DNA from: Okamejei kenojei
Taxonomy: Eukaryota
Reading direction: 5' to 3'
NCBI GenBank assembly: GCA_035221665.1
Contig: CM069155.1
Coordinates: 26,970,001-27,034,000 of the forward strand
DNA: 64,000 nt
The notes under the pieces were generated by a model that worked only from the letters and a program-made list of their open reading frames with translations, made no database searches and was not told the origin of the DNA. The position numbers were made by a program, and so were the translations under genes. Shown here one piece after another: positions 50,670 to 62,960 of the stretch (within the stretch, counting starts at the first letter, position 1; each line of letters starts with the position of its first letter).

Positions 50670-51330
50670 CGAGCAAGTGTGAGGTGTTGTACTTTGGCAG
50701 TTTGAATGTAAGGAGGAAATATACAATTAATGGCAAGATCCTTAATAGCAATAGTGTATAGAGAGATCTTGGGGTCCAAGTCCATAACACACTGAAACTA
50801 ACAACAAGTGGATAGTGATAATGAAGGCATATGGTGTGCATGCCTTCATTGGTCTAGGCATCGAATATAAGTCAGGAAGTCATGATGCAGCTTGATAGCA
50901 CTTTGGTTAGGCTACCTTTGGAGTACTGCATACAGTTCTAGTCGTCTCAATACAGGAAAGATGTGCAGAGTTTGGAAAGGGTGCAGAGGAGATTTACCAG
51001 AATGATTAGATTAGAGGGTATTAGATACAAAAGGAGGTTGGACAGATGTGGATTGTTTTCTCCAGGATGCTGAAGGTTGAGGGGAGACCTGATCGATGTA
51101 TGCAACATTATGAGAGGCTTACATAGGGTACTCAGAGAGAACCTTTTCCCCCAGGGTGGAAATATCAAATAAATTGAAATATTTAAAAATTTAAAAATCT
51201 AATTTTTTTTTACACCTTGAGTGGTGGGTGCCTGGAATACACTGCTGGCAATGTGGAGGCAGATACAATAGTGGCATTTAAGAGATTTTGGGATAGACAC
51301 ACTTGGTTACGTAGGAATATGGATTAATTG
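50670..51330 (+). mobile_element. Degraded CR1 fragment
   Basis: RDLGVQVH..LK and RLRGDLI motifs, with frameshifts. Confidence 0.75.
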
Positions 51331-52079
51331 AGCATTTGATGATGGACATTTTTGTTCACGTCATCAAAACATTCCAAATCTCCCATTTAATTAATTGAAA
51401 AACCACCTAGCTGTGTGGTATGATTTTAATGCGTTCTGACATTGTAAATTCAAACTTCTGGATTACTTATTAAATAACTTTCATATTCCTTTGTGATATG
51501 GGATTAAGATATCCGCAGACAGTGCAATCACTTTCTCCCATTTATTTATCAGTAGCCTTTTCTCGGTCATATTCCCATCTGTTCCACCGACTTTCCAATC
51601 AGACCTATTCTGGGAATAATAAACAATGGCTAACTACCCGCAACCTGCACATTTGGGAAGTGGGAGGATACTGCAGAAGTGTAAAATCCGCAAGATCGGT
51701 GAGAATTCACACACAGAACTAGTCTGCTTTGACTCCAGGTAAATGGAGCTGAGGCATTTTACCGACCTGCAATGCCACTACACCACCACACCTGGAATCA
51801 TCTCCTATTTATCATCTAAATATTCTAATTCAATTTCCATCTGTAGTCGTTGGAAAACCTTCCACATGGTCCATATAACAGGCTCGTCATTCCTCCTTTG
51901 CAGAATTCCTCTGCTCAGCCTGCAAGAGTGAGTCAGATCTTACAATCGCTGGTCATTTTAATTCTCTATCCCACTCAGAGTTTTCTCAGAGTTCACGGGT
52001 CTCGACACTGTGAGGCAGCAACTCTACCACCTATGCCAATGTGCCACCCAAGTTTAATAAATAAGATACCCAATATAGT

Positions 52080-53110
52080 GCAAGACAAAACAAAGCCCAA
52101 AGTCCCTAGTGCAATTAAGGCAGTTTGAAGTTTAGTTGGAATTGGTTGTGTTTAATGGTTGTGGGGAAGAGGTTGTTCCTGAATCTGGACACTACAGTTT
52201 TCAAACTCCTATACCTTCTTCCCAATAGCAGGAATTAAATGAGAGTGTGGCTAGGGTGGTGTGCGTCCTTGTTGATGCTGGCTGCCGTTTTGAGCCAGCA
52301 CCTCCAATAGATCACTTCAATGGTGAGGAGATCAGTACCTGTGATACACTGGGCACTGTTCACCACTTCTTCTCATCCCCGTTGTTCCGGGAATTTCGTG
52401 TCGACGAACCAGGCCATGATGCAACCTGTCAATATGATCTCTACTGACATACCAAATCCCCTCAATCTACTAAGGAAGTAGAGGTGCTGATGAACTTTCT
52501 TTACAATCGCATCAATGTGCTGGGTTCAGAACAAATCTTCAGACATGCACACCTAGGAACTTGAAATTGCTGATTCTCTCCACCACGAACCTGCCGGCCC
52601 CTTGGCCATCCTCTTCTAAAGTAATCAATCCATACTTTGGCTTTAGGGATGTTTGGAGCAAGGTTGCTGTTCTGACACTATTCAATCAAGATTCAATTTA
52701 ATTGTCACATGTACCAATTAAGGTACAGTGACATTTGAGTTGCCATACCGCCATACTAAGTAAAAAGCAAAAATACATCTCCGTCGAGGTAAGTGACTGA
52801 ACAAGGTTTCTCCCGATCCCCACACACCCCCCACATAAAACATACCAAGAGACATTAAAACAAACACTCAAGACATACTTAAAATAATAAAAACAGAGAA
52901 GGGACAAGACAGACTGCTGGCGACGCAGCCATTACAGGCACCACCTGGTGGTGAATCAGATAGTCAATCTACCTCCTATACTCTGACACATCATTGTCTG
53001 TAATTTGTTTAACAATGGTGATGTTGTCAGTAAATTTAAAGATGGAGTTGGAATTGTATCTGACTACACTTTTATAGATATAATGAGTAGAGCAGGGGAC
53101 GGAGCACACT
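52080..53110 (-). mobile_element. Rex1/Babar-like LINE fragment interrupted by a 265-bp insert (52689-52953)
   Basis: Minus strand VERISNFKFLGVH...TQHIDAIVKKVHQHLYFLSRL and FTDNITIVKQI (the FADD region of RT). Confidence 0.65.
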
Positions 53111-53600
53111 GTGAAGACGGTGCAGAAGTGGTTTACCAAAATGCTGTTTGAATTAAACAGTATGAGCTCCTAGGAAAGATTGGACAAACCTGGACAGCTT
53201 TCTCTAGAATGTCAGGGATTGAGAGGAGACCTGATAGAAGTATATAAATTCATGAGAGACATAGATAGAATAGACAGTGAAAACCTTTTCCCTCCAGAGT
53301 GGACATGTTAAAGACTATAGGGCATAGCTTTAAGATGAGAAGGGCAATGTTTAAAGAGGATGTGTGGGATCTTTTTTTCCCCAAACAGAGTGGTGAATGC
53401 CTGAAACATGCTGCCAGGGGTCAAAGTGGAGGCAAATACAATAGTGCCATTTAAACAATTTTTAGATAAGCATGTGGATTTGCATGGAATGGAGGAATAT
53501 GGATCACAGACAGACAGAGGAGATTAGTCTAACTTGACATTGTGTTCTAGCACAGACATTGTGGGCTAAGGGACTATGTCTGTGATGTACTGTTCTATGT
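53110..53600 (+). mobile_element. CR1 3' fragment
   Basis: LRGDLIEVYKFMR; GHSFKMR; tail TGTTCTATG. Confidence 0.8.
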
Positions 53601-55504
53601 TTTATTGCCATCTTTTCATAAGTCATAAGTTTTAATCAGTTGTATCAGTCACATTGAGCCAACAGAACATAATTTTGGAAGTGATTGCCCATGTAATACT
53701 AATGATAGATAATCAATGTCTTCCCCCATATCACAGTTATTTTCCAAGTAGCTGCCTCAGGAATGGATACTGAGCCAGGATTTACAGTCTGCATCAACGG
53801 ACCATGCAGTGATACAGTGTCTTCCATAATGTTTATTAAAATCTAATAATGTGCACTTTAACTACATGTGTTTTTTTCTATTACAAGTCTCAAATTGTGG
53901 AGTACAGACGCAAATAAATAAATGATGGGTCGTTGTCCCAAACATTATGGAAGGCATTGTATGCTGTGAAATTCTGGAATGCTGAGGGTGCACTTATGTG
54001 CAAGGAAAATTGTCAGTGTTTGAAGGAGTATTTTGCACCGAGTTGGGAGGAAATTCTTCAATATGGAGGGAGTGTTTCACACTGAAGGGTATGGAATTCT
54101 GGAATGCAAATCCAGTTACTCTTCTGTTGTTAGTGAAAAGTTAAGGGATCATTAACTTTAAGCAAAATACATTTTCCGATTTATGCAATGACGAACATCG
54201 TCATGGCTTCTTCCACTTCCTAGCACATTGTAAAGTCCTTTGTAGCCAGAAAATTACATTTTAATATTGATTCACTTTTATCTATTGTGATCAGTTTGTA
54301 TATACTACAATCAATAACAAGGTAAATAACTAGACAAATCTGTCTGGTTTAGTGAGCATAGTAGAACTTCCCACACCTCTAATAGACAAGACAGAACTTT
54401 ACTATTCGATTGTAAAGGCAGCATCCAATAACGCAGCTCTTCACAGAACACAAAAGTAATCTTTAGTCAAGATATTGACTAAAAATGCATTCACTATTTT
54501 CTGACCTACAGCCATTTCTGAGCAAAATCATTTATTCTTGTTTCTGCGGACCCTGTTCAGAAGCGAGGGTGGTAATATTAAGAGAGATCAGCCTACTTAC
54601 TACAAGTAGAAAGCAGCAGGATAGAGACGAATGGTGACTGATATATATTTCCCATTTCGCTTCCCACCCCATGCCCCTGTACTGTGGTGATCAAAAGTCA
54701 GAAAATTAAACACTCAGTTACAAAATCAAGCCATTAAATACAAAACCAATTGAAATCGGATGAGTTTATGTTAAAAAAAAACCCCAGGCCATGAGCCCAT
54801 TTTGAGTGTCCAATGTCCTGCATTTAAATTTCACTAGGTGCATAACCCCACGTTTTTGTGTAAAGGAAGATGATAAGCACAAAGTTATTAACACTTCAGG
54901 GCAGTACTTCTGTTCTGTAATTAATTGCAATCATATTTTTTTAAAGTTTATTACATTTAACTATTGTCAAAATATTATTACAAAAATCCCATTCTATAAT
55001 GCATATGCAACAGTGGCTCAGGAAATAATCTATTTTGGTTCGGGGCATCTCTTGACAAGAGATTTAGTGAAAAACCTATGGCTTTGTTGCAGAAATAACC
55101 AGGAACTGCAAGCAAATTTAAAGAAAATAATTTGAGGTTAAAACATTTGGGAAGAATTTGCAGTTTCAAGAGAAACAGTTACAGGATCAGAAGACGTAGT
55201 TCATGGACATTCAAATCATCCCAGTTCAGTCAAAATATATTATCTTTGTTAACTATATCATCCATCTACATCTTACATGTTGCTAGGACTTTTGTTCCAC
55301 CCAAAATTTTGCATCACTCTGAAGAGCTTACCGCAGCAGTTCTGAATTTGTTTACTTTCTACTAATGTATTAGGTTGTGACTCTACCCTTCTTCACACCA
55401 GGACCCCACCAACCTTGCAAACTACCAAGCTATTCTCCAGCTTCATTCTTATATTTAAAATCTTTGAATATGACGTTGCCTTACAAATCCTGTCATTTTC
55501 TTTG

Positions 55505-55815
55505 CTATCACATATCTGAATCTCTCCATCAGTCATACAGCGTGGAATCAGACCATTCTGCCCAACTTGCCTACACCGGCTAACATGCCTCATCTACACT
55601 AGTCCCACCTACCTGCATTTGGCCCATATCCCTCCAACCTGTCCTATCCATGTATCTGTCTAAATATTCCTTAAACATTGCGATAGTACCTGTCTCAACT
55701 ACCTCCTCTGGCAGCTCGTTTCATACACCTACCACCCTTTACATGATAAAGTTACTCCTCAGATTCCTATGAAATCTTTCCCCCCTCACCTTAAACCTAT
55801 GTCCCCCTCTGGTTC
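55505..55815 (-). mobile_element. CR1 3' fragment
   Basis: Reverse complement of the CR1 end at 2120-2428. Confidence 0.75.
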
Positions 55816-56592
55816 TCCACACCTGCTGCAGTACTAAAAGTTAGAATTAACATTCTTGGGGGACATTATTATGAAAAATAACGAAACCTTCCCATCCTCT
55901 GAGCTTGCTGAAAACAATTACATAACTCTTTTCCCGTTCTAATGAATGGTAATTCACTGGAAAGGTTAGATTGGCCTGTCTCTTTATAACTGTCATCTGA
56001 TCTTCCGAGTATTTTCCTTTTTGATTTTACGTTAGGATCTCATTTACGTGCATTTGACTCGGACAAGCAAACCGCCTTGCTACTCTTTTGTCAATTCACT
56101 ACTGTTTGGGTGGACCGTGCGATGCTAGGAAAAAGGAGAACCATCGTATTATATAAACATAGGAAATAGAAGCAGGAGGCTATTTAACTCTTTGAGCCTA
56201 TCTACACTAAAAAGTGATGATGAATAAATATTGAAATTCAGTAGCATGTTTGACCTTCTCCCCATATTACGTAAACCTTCCAAAAACTACATCTATTTTT
56301 TTCATCAATATATTTAATAATCTTCTTTCATCTCCTCTTCTGATTTGCTCCCAAGCCTGAGCGAGGAAGGGAAGTCAATCACCTAACACCCAAGTATCAT
56401 ATGGTGGCCATGTTTAATCTTCCTTCCCTGCACAATATCTCTCAGCTCAACTCGATGCCCTCCCAACTTTAGAACCACATGGTCTCAATCATCAAAAGGG
56501 AAGAACAGACAAACTCCATTTGATTGCTCACTCTACCATTAACTCCTTAGCTGCATCATCTTAGAGTCATTCAGCACTCTATTATCTGAATG

Positions 56593-57330
56593 CTGTCAGA
56601 TTAGGAAAGGGGGAGGTGCAATGAGACCTGGGTGTCCTTATATATCAGTCATTGAAAGTAAGCATGCACGTATAGCAGGCAATGAAGAAAGTTAATGGCA
56701 TTTTGGCCTTCATTGCGAGAGGATTTGAGTTTAGGAGCAAGGAGGTCCTACTGCAGTTGTACAGGGCCCTGCTGAGACCACAGCGGGAGTACTGTGTGCA
56801 GTTTTGGTCTCCTAATTTGAGCAAGGACATTCTTGCTATTGAGGGAGTGCAGCGTAGGTTCACCAGGTTCATTCCCAGGATGACGGGACTAACATATGAT
56901 GAAAGAATGGATCGACTGGGCTTGTATTCACTGGAATTTAGATGGATGAGAAACATATAAAATTCTTAAGGGATTGGACAGGCTGGATGCAGGAAAAATG
57001 TTCCCGATGTTGGGGGAGTCCAGAACCAGGGGTCACAGTTTAAGAATAAGGGGTAGGCCATTTAGGACTGAGATGAGGAAAAACATTTTCCAGCCAGAGA
57101 GGTACAAATCTGTGGAATTCTCTGCCACAGAAGGCAGTGGAGGCCAATTCACTGGATGTTTTCAAGAGAGAGTTAGATTTAGCTGTGAAGGCTAACGGAA
57201 TCAAGGGACATGGGGGGAAAAAAGGAACGGGGTACTGATTTTAGATGATCAGCCATGATCATATTGAATGGCGATGCTGGCTCGAAGGGTCGAATAGCTT
57301 ACTGCTGCACCTATTTTTTTAATGTTTCTA
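56593..57330 (+). mobile_element. CR1 LINE 3' fragment
   Basis: ORFs 56682..56960 and 56974..57195 encode the CR1 ORF2 C-terminus, close to the copy at 1-336. Confidence 0.9.
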
Positions 57331-59178
57331 TTATTTCTCTTTTGCACTGCTTGTTGTGCTCATGCACGGTATGATTGCACTGATGCATTGTGCGATCTGC
57401 CTGGACAGCATGCAAAACAAAGTTTTCACTGTATCACGGCACACGTGATGATAATAGTCCAATATCCCTAAAGATATGCAATATAGAAACTGGCACTACT
57501 ATCCATCATGTCCATGGCAATTACTTTGCCCATCTGAACTAACCCCAACTGCTTGCATTAGGGCTGCATCCCCTACGCCTTACCTATTTAGGCCCAAATT
57601 ATTCAAACATAGTTGTTGTTTCTGATTCCACCACCTCCTCTGGCAGCACATTCAGATATCAATTACTGTGTTGAAAACAATTACTATTATTTTCTTTGGC
57701 TATCTATAATATTGTACAGGTAGTTTTGCTATAATACATTTGCTGCATTCCTACAAAAAGGTAAATACAAAGTGTATGAATTAATTTTGTGTTTTTTCAC
57801 TGTTCCATAAGAAACTTTTGTTGAATCCATATGACATTGTTTCAATCGAAAACACAGATAAAAATATCAAGCCTAAGGACTAAAAGGTTGATGCACCAAG
57901 TCATAAAATAATCAGCTTTGCCACTAGAAACAGGTCCCCAAATTTATAATGCTAATCTCAGTTACTCAGGCCAGCCCCCTGGTATATTGAGTTAATAAGA
58001 GAGACTATAAGATGGACAATGCCCTGATTAGCCAACCAGTTTTATGGTGCCATTAGCTAAGCTTGGAAGGATACTGCACAGCACCTTACCCTGCTCCCTT
58101 CCCAAAGTCGTGCTGACAGAAATAACAAAAAACGCATCAGAGAAAATAATACAAATGTTATTGTCATGGTAATGAAAAATCAATCTAACGGTACAACATT
58201 AAGGTCAAGTTAGCAAAATATATAAATTTTGCTAAACCTCTAATGGAAAATTTGGAAAGTGAGACAAAGGCAAAATTCAGAAGTTGACTTAAAAAGTACT
58301 TTATCACGTGCTTCTGGGCATTAGTGCTTAACTGACAATCATATGCTTGTAAATAGTTTGCCTGCCAACGGTTTGATGATTTCATGCTGGGATGAGATAA
58401 AGGCAGAGAATCTTTGGAGTGAATTAAATTTGGTTAGCAAACAGCTGACAAAACAATGAAAACTGCACAGGAGTGTTAGTATAAGTATTAAAATAATTTT
58501 CCTCGGATCCTAAAATTCAATTCACATTCACAAATACAAACTTTTGTCACTGTTAAGCAATCAGAGCTTTTAAACGCTTGCTTGTTTAACAGAGCTGGCA
58601 TTTGTTATTTGGTAGTGCCAATATCCTGCACAACAATGCCTAGATTTTATATCGCATAATACTGAATATTTTCTTTTAGAAATTCAAAATCTATATCCAA
58701 GATCGAGAAAACAATTCTCTTTGTGCACATCACTGAAGCATATAACTTGATTTCCACAGCAGTACACTACATGTGTTTTGTAATGGTAAACAACAAAAAC
58801 GCTTCCTGACAACAATACCAGATGGGAACAATGTATTCAGAATGTATGTCATTTTTAAATACCAATTGCACTGAATGGCACAGTACTTCTTTTGGATCAT
58901 CAATTCTGATTACACATGAATCTAGTGCCTATCTAAAATGCACTCTCAAAACTATAATTACGTTATTAGGAGATTTTCCACATTTCAAGGGACAATATCA
59001 TGAACATTCATCATTCCAGAAATTGCAATTTTATTGATTACCACTGTATTTTCTGTTTTGTCTTCTAAACTTGCTCAATTCCAGTTCCATGCTGCTTAAC
59101 ACAGTACTTGCTACGTTAACCGATTTAACAGAGTTCCTCTATGGCACATTTATCTTTCCATTAACCCTCTCTACTTAC

Positions 59179-60383
59179 CTTGAAAAGCCCTTTCCGCAGC
59201 TGATGCAAATGTACGGTTTTCCCACTGCTCCGTCGTGAGACCGAATATGATAGGTCATCCGGTCCTTCCGTTTGAAACGCTGGTGACAGATGGGACATTC
59301 AAATGGTTTTTCCCCTGAATGCGAGAGCTTATGGCGATTCAAGTGGTAAACATCCCTAAAAGCTTTACCGCAGAGCTCACAGGCCACATTTTTCCTCATT
59401 CTGCCTCTCTTACGGGGACTGTCAAGGCTGCTCGAAGAGGCCAGCAGATTGTCCCCGAGTCCTGGAAGCTGGTTCTCCCCAGACCCCAGTTCCACGTTCA
59501 GCCCCGTGTGCTGCGCCTCATGGAGCAGGAGGCGGTTCGAATTCTTGAACACTTTCCCACAGAAGCTGCAGGGGTAAAAACCCTCATCCCTCATGGCTAA
59601 TGGTGCCGTGAGCAGTGGCAGGTCAAATAGAGGAGCCTTCCGAGGCCGTCCTCGCCCCCTCTTGATCAGCTTGCCATGGTCAGGGCCCATTGAGTTCACT
59701 GGAGCCTGGAATTGACCAGCCACCAGGGTCGGTGCTGCAGGCGAAGTCATCAAGCCATCCATCATAGGTAATGAACCCTGCAGGGGCGGAAGGGCAGGAG
59801 CTGGGGCGCCTGGGCTACCTACCTTGACATCACCAGCACCCTGCAGGTGTCCATTTTCCCCTATAAAGTTGCCATTGGCACAAGCAGCGGCAGCCAAGTC
59901 CAGGGCAAAGCTGAAGTCCACATTGGCAGGGCGGAATACCATCATGTCTCCCCTGGCTGGTGGCACCATGATCTGGACGTTGGACTGTTTGATTACCTCC
60001 TGGCAAATCTCGATGACCGACCTCATGAGCAGAAACTTGGCGGCCGTCATGAGCTCGGGGAAGCTCTCGAGTCTCACCACGATGCGGGAGGTGTAGGCGA
60101 AGTCCAGGATGTCCCTGAAGACCTTGGCGCTGATGGTGTGCATCTCCAGCTCGCGGCCTTGGGCCTCATCCACCATCGCGCCGAACACCGACTCGAAGTA
60201 GTCGCTGCAGGCGGCCAGCACGGCCTTGTGAGCCGGGAAGCTCTCGTCGCCCACCCGCAGCACCACATCGCAGAAGCGGCCGCCGTTCTTCCTCTGACCG
60301 TTGAGTTTCTTCAACATGTCGGCGCTGTGCTGGCTCACCTGGTAGGTGTAGCTGTTCCAGGACGGCTCGGCAGCCCTTTCCAT
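59179..60383 (-). CDS. PATZ1: PATZ1 exon 1: BTB/POZ domain, AT-hook (KRGRGRPRK), first C2H2 fingers
   Basis: MERAAEPSWNSYTYQVSQHS...GGRFCDVVLRVGDESFPAHKAVLAACS is the PATZ1 N-terminus. ATG in GGCGGCGATGG context; AG|GTAAGT donor. Confidence 0.97.
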
Positions 60384-60780
60384 CGCCGCCGCCGCCGACT
60401 CGGAGCCGCGACCGAGGGGGGTTGGGAAAAACCGGCCCCCCTCAAACTCCGCCACTGAACAACACGGTTTAAAACCAGGTGGATTTGAAAAGGAGCGCGC
60501 GGTGCAAAGCTCCGCCTGCCGCCGAGCCGAGCGAGGGAAGGCCGCGCAGCCAAGGCCGGGGTGCGCTCCGCGCTGCTTTTGTTCCCCTCACAGCCGCCGG
60601 GCCCTGGCGCCGCGGGAGGCTCGGCAACATGGCAGCGCGGCGCTTCCTGTCAACTGCGACCCCTCCCGGGGGCCTGGGGAGGCACTGGCTTAGGGTGGGA
60701 GACACTGGGGCGGGGGGGCTCTGGCTCGGGGTCGGAGTCGTTGGCTCGGAGCGAGAGGTCCCCGCATAAGGTTGGGAGAC
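60000..60780. promoter_or_regulatory. CpG island over the PATZ1 start and promoter
   Basis: High GC and CpG density, a GC box (GGGGCGGGG near 60707) and a YY1-like CAACATGGC near 60626. Confidence 0.8.
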
Positions 60781-61850
60781 GCTGGCTGATGGTGGGAAAC
60801 GTCCTTGCTCAGGTTGGGGGGGGGGGGAGGGGGGCACAGACAGTGTGGCAAATAGGTTTGGGGGGTGGAACACTAGCTGAGGGTGAGGGGGGCACTGGCA
60901 GACGGCAGGGAGGTGACGGCAGCCTCAGAATAGGGTGGTACTGGCTCAGGACAGGCGGCGGGACGATGCCGGTGCAAGGATGGAGCAGTCTGAAGAAGGG
61001 TCTCGGCCCGAAACGTCGCCAATCTCCTTCGCTCCTTAGATGCTGCTGCACCCGCTGAGTTTCTCCAGCTTTTTGTGTACCCGCAAGGATGGAGCATGCT
61101 AGCATAGGATAGAGAACAGTTGCTCATGAGAGGTTGTAGCCTCAGATTGGAGAACATTGGTTCAGGAGAGAGGATGCTTAGGGGGAATTGCTCAGAATGG
61201 CAGATACAGCTAGGACAAGATACACTGGCGCAGGGCAGGGAATTGGCTTGGGGTGGGAGGCACCAGCTGAAGATGGGTACACTGCCTGGGGACCACTTAC
61301 TGATGATGGGAGACATTGTTTCAGGACTGGTTCAAGGTAGGGAACATTGACAAAGGCCAGTAAACATAACATGGACATGCTGGTACAGGTTTACAGGATA
61401 CTAGCTGAGTACTGGGAGAGAACACTTGCTGAGTACTGATAATAGGTCCAGAGTGAGAACACTGGCTCATGGTGGGAGACATTGGCTCAGTAAGGGGGAT
61501 TCATTCAGGACAAGATACACTGGCTTAGGCAGAGTAAACTGGCTCAGAATTTGTGTTATTGGCTTGAAGTGGGCGATGTCAGCTGAAAATGGAGCACTGT
61601 GGATAATGATGGTGGCTGAGCAGGAGACACAGTGAGGATGTGGCTAAGGAAAGGGGATGCTGGCTCAGGGAACGGGTTGAGGGCACTACGTGTGCAATAC
61701 TAGCATTTGGAGGACAGTTTGAAAGGGGAGAAGGTCTGGTTCAAAGGGGCATTAAGTTTAAGGAAGCACACAGAAGACATTGGATGTCAGTCAGGAACAC
61801 TAGCTCTTGAGGACATTGACTGAGAGCTGGAGACCGTGGCCCAACATGTG
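60680..61850. repeat. Degenerate about 20-bp repeat array (GGGAGACACTGGCTCAG-like) upstream of PATZ1
   Basis: More than 20 variants of ACACTGGCTCAG, e.g. near 60682, 60940, 61460, 61480, 61517, 61538 and 61660. Confidence 0.55.
60988..61082 (+). mobile_element. 95-bp Penelope-derived element with intact hammerhead core and 14-bp TSD
   Basis: Flanked by GCAAGGATGGAGCA at 60974-60987 and 61083-61096. Confidence 0.85.
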
Positions 61851-61859
61851 CATGATGAA

Positions 61860-62960
61860 CTGGAAGCCTACAGATTTAGGAATGTCAGCAACTGGAGGAG
61901 TACAAAATCTGGGTTTTGGAACGAGTAACAACTAAGGTTGCTCAGATCCACTCGTGTCTGAATACATGCTTTAGAGAGAGTGCAGGTAATGGGTGATGAT
62001 CATTTGAGACAGGCAGTTCAGGAGATCTCTGAGGGCATCTTGGCCACTAACCATTATTTGGTTCTGAATACAGATGGGGAAGATTGTCTTCATGGGGATA
62101 AAGCCAAAGCTGAGACAATAGTGCCTTGGTTGGCTCAGCTGCACAGGGAGGGAAGAGAATGCTCAAGACAGCAATAGATACAGGAAATCTAATAGTCAGG
62201 GGAGCAAGCAGGTGTGATTCCAGGATATTATGTGGCTTCCAGAGTGCCAGGGTCAAGGAAATTACCATTTTACATTCTGGAGGGATAAGATTATTTGTCA
62301 GAGATTTTGGTCCTTATATGTGACTGCAACATAGGTAGAAAAAGAGTTGAAATATTGTAGCTCGGTTTTAAGAAATATTTATTTAAACTTTTTTATGATG
62401 CGGGTATGCCAGCAAGGGTAACCTTATTGCCCTTTAGGTGTGAGCCACCATTTTACCAGTGATCATTTTTTGGGATATGGGTGTGCTGACAAATATATTG
62501 TCCATCCTTAATTAACATTGAGAATATGTCACCTTGTTGAACCTGCTACCATTCTACTGGAGAAGGTAGCCCAAAGTACGAGTGGGAAAGGAAGTTGCAT
62601 GATTTGGGAAGGGACAGCAATGATGATATATATTTCCAATATAGGATTCTGTGTGACCTGAAGGAGATCCTGTGTTTTGTTTATCTATAGCCCATGACTT
62701 TCTTGAAGGAGGGTCTGGGAAGTGCTGTTGGATCTCAGTAGTATTAATCTCAGAATAACCCTAGGTGCCACACACCAGTGGGTGTAGAAACAAGATGACA
62801 GTAGAGGTGAATGCATGACAGAAGAGATGGTGTTAGATTCATGGGACACTGGAACCAGTTATGTGACCTCCACAGCTGGATTGGGCCCCTCTCAACAGGT
62901 CCACGGTCCATATTGGAGTGGTTTAAAACATAATTGGCCTTTTGAAGGGCCAACAAAGAG
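61860..62960 (+). mobile_element. Degraded CR1 ORF1 (SGNH-esterase-like) remnant
   Basis: KTAIDTGNLIVRG...DSRILCGFQSARVKEI resembles CR1 ORF1 AIVIGDSIVRG...SRMVCCLPGARVxDV. Confidence 0.55.

Noticed and set aside
60384-60455. GTG-initiated 24-aa N-terminal extension of PATZ1
   Set aside because: The ATG at 60383 has a strong Kozak context and matches the known MER.. start; nothing supports the upstream GTG.
59319-60458. Long plus-strand ORFs (203 aa, 93 aa, 90 aa) overlapping PATZ1 exon 1
   Set aside because: Antisense shadows of a GC-rich coding exon, with no recognisable domain.
60561-61058. 165-aa Gly-rich plus-strand ORF as a divergent gene
   Set aside because: Low-complexity CpG-island and repeat sequence that ends inside a mobile element; no homology recognised.
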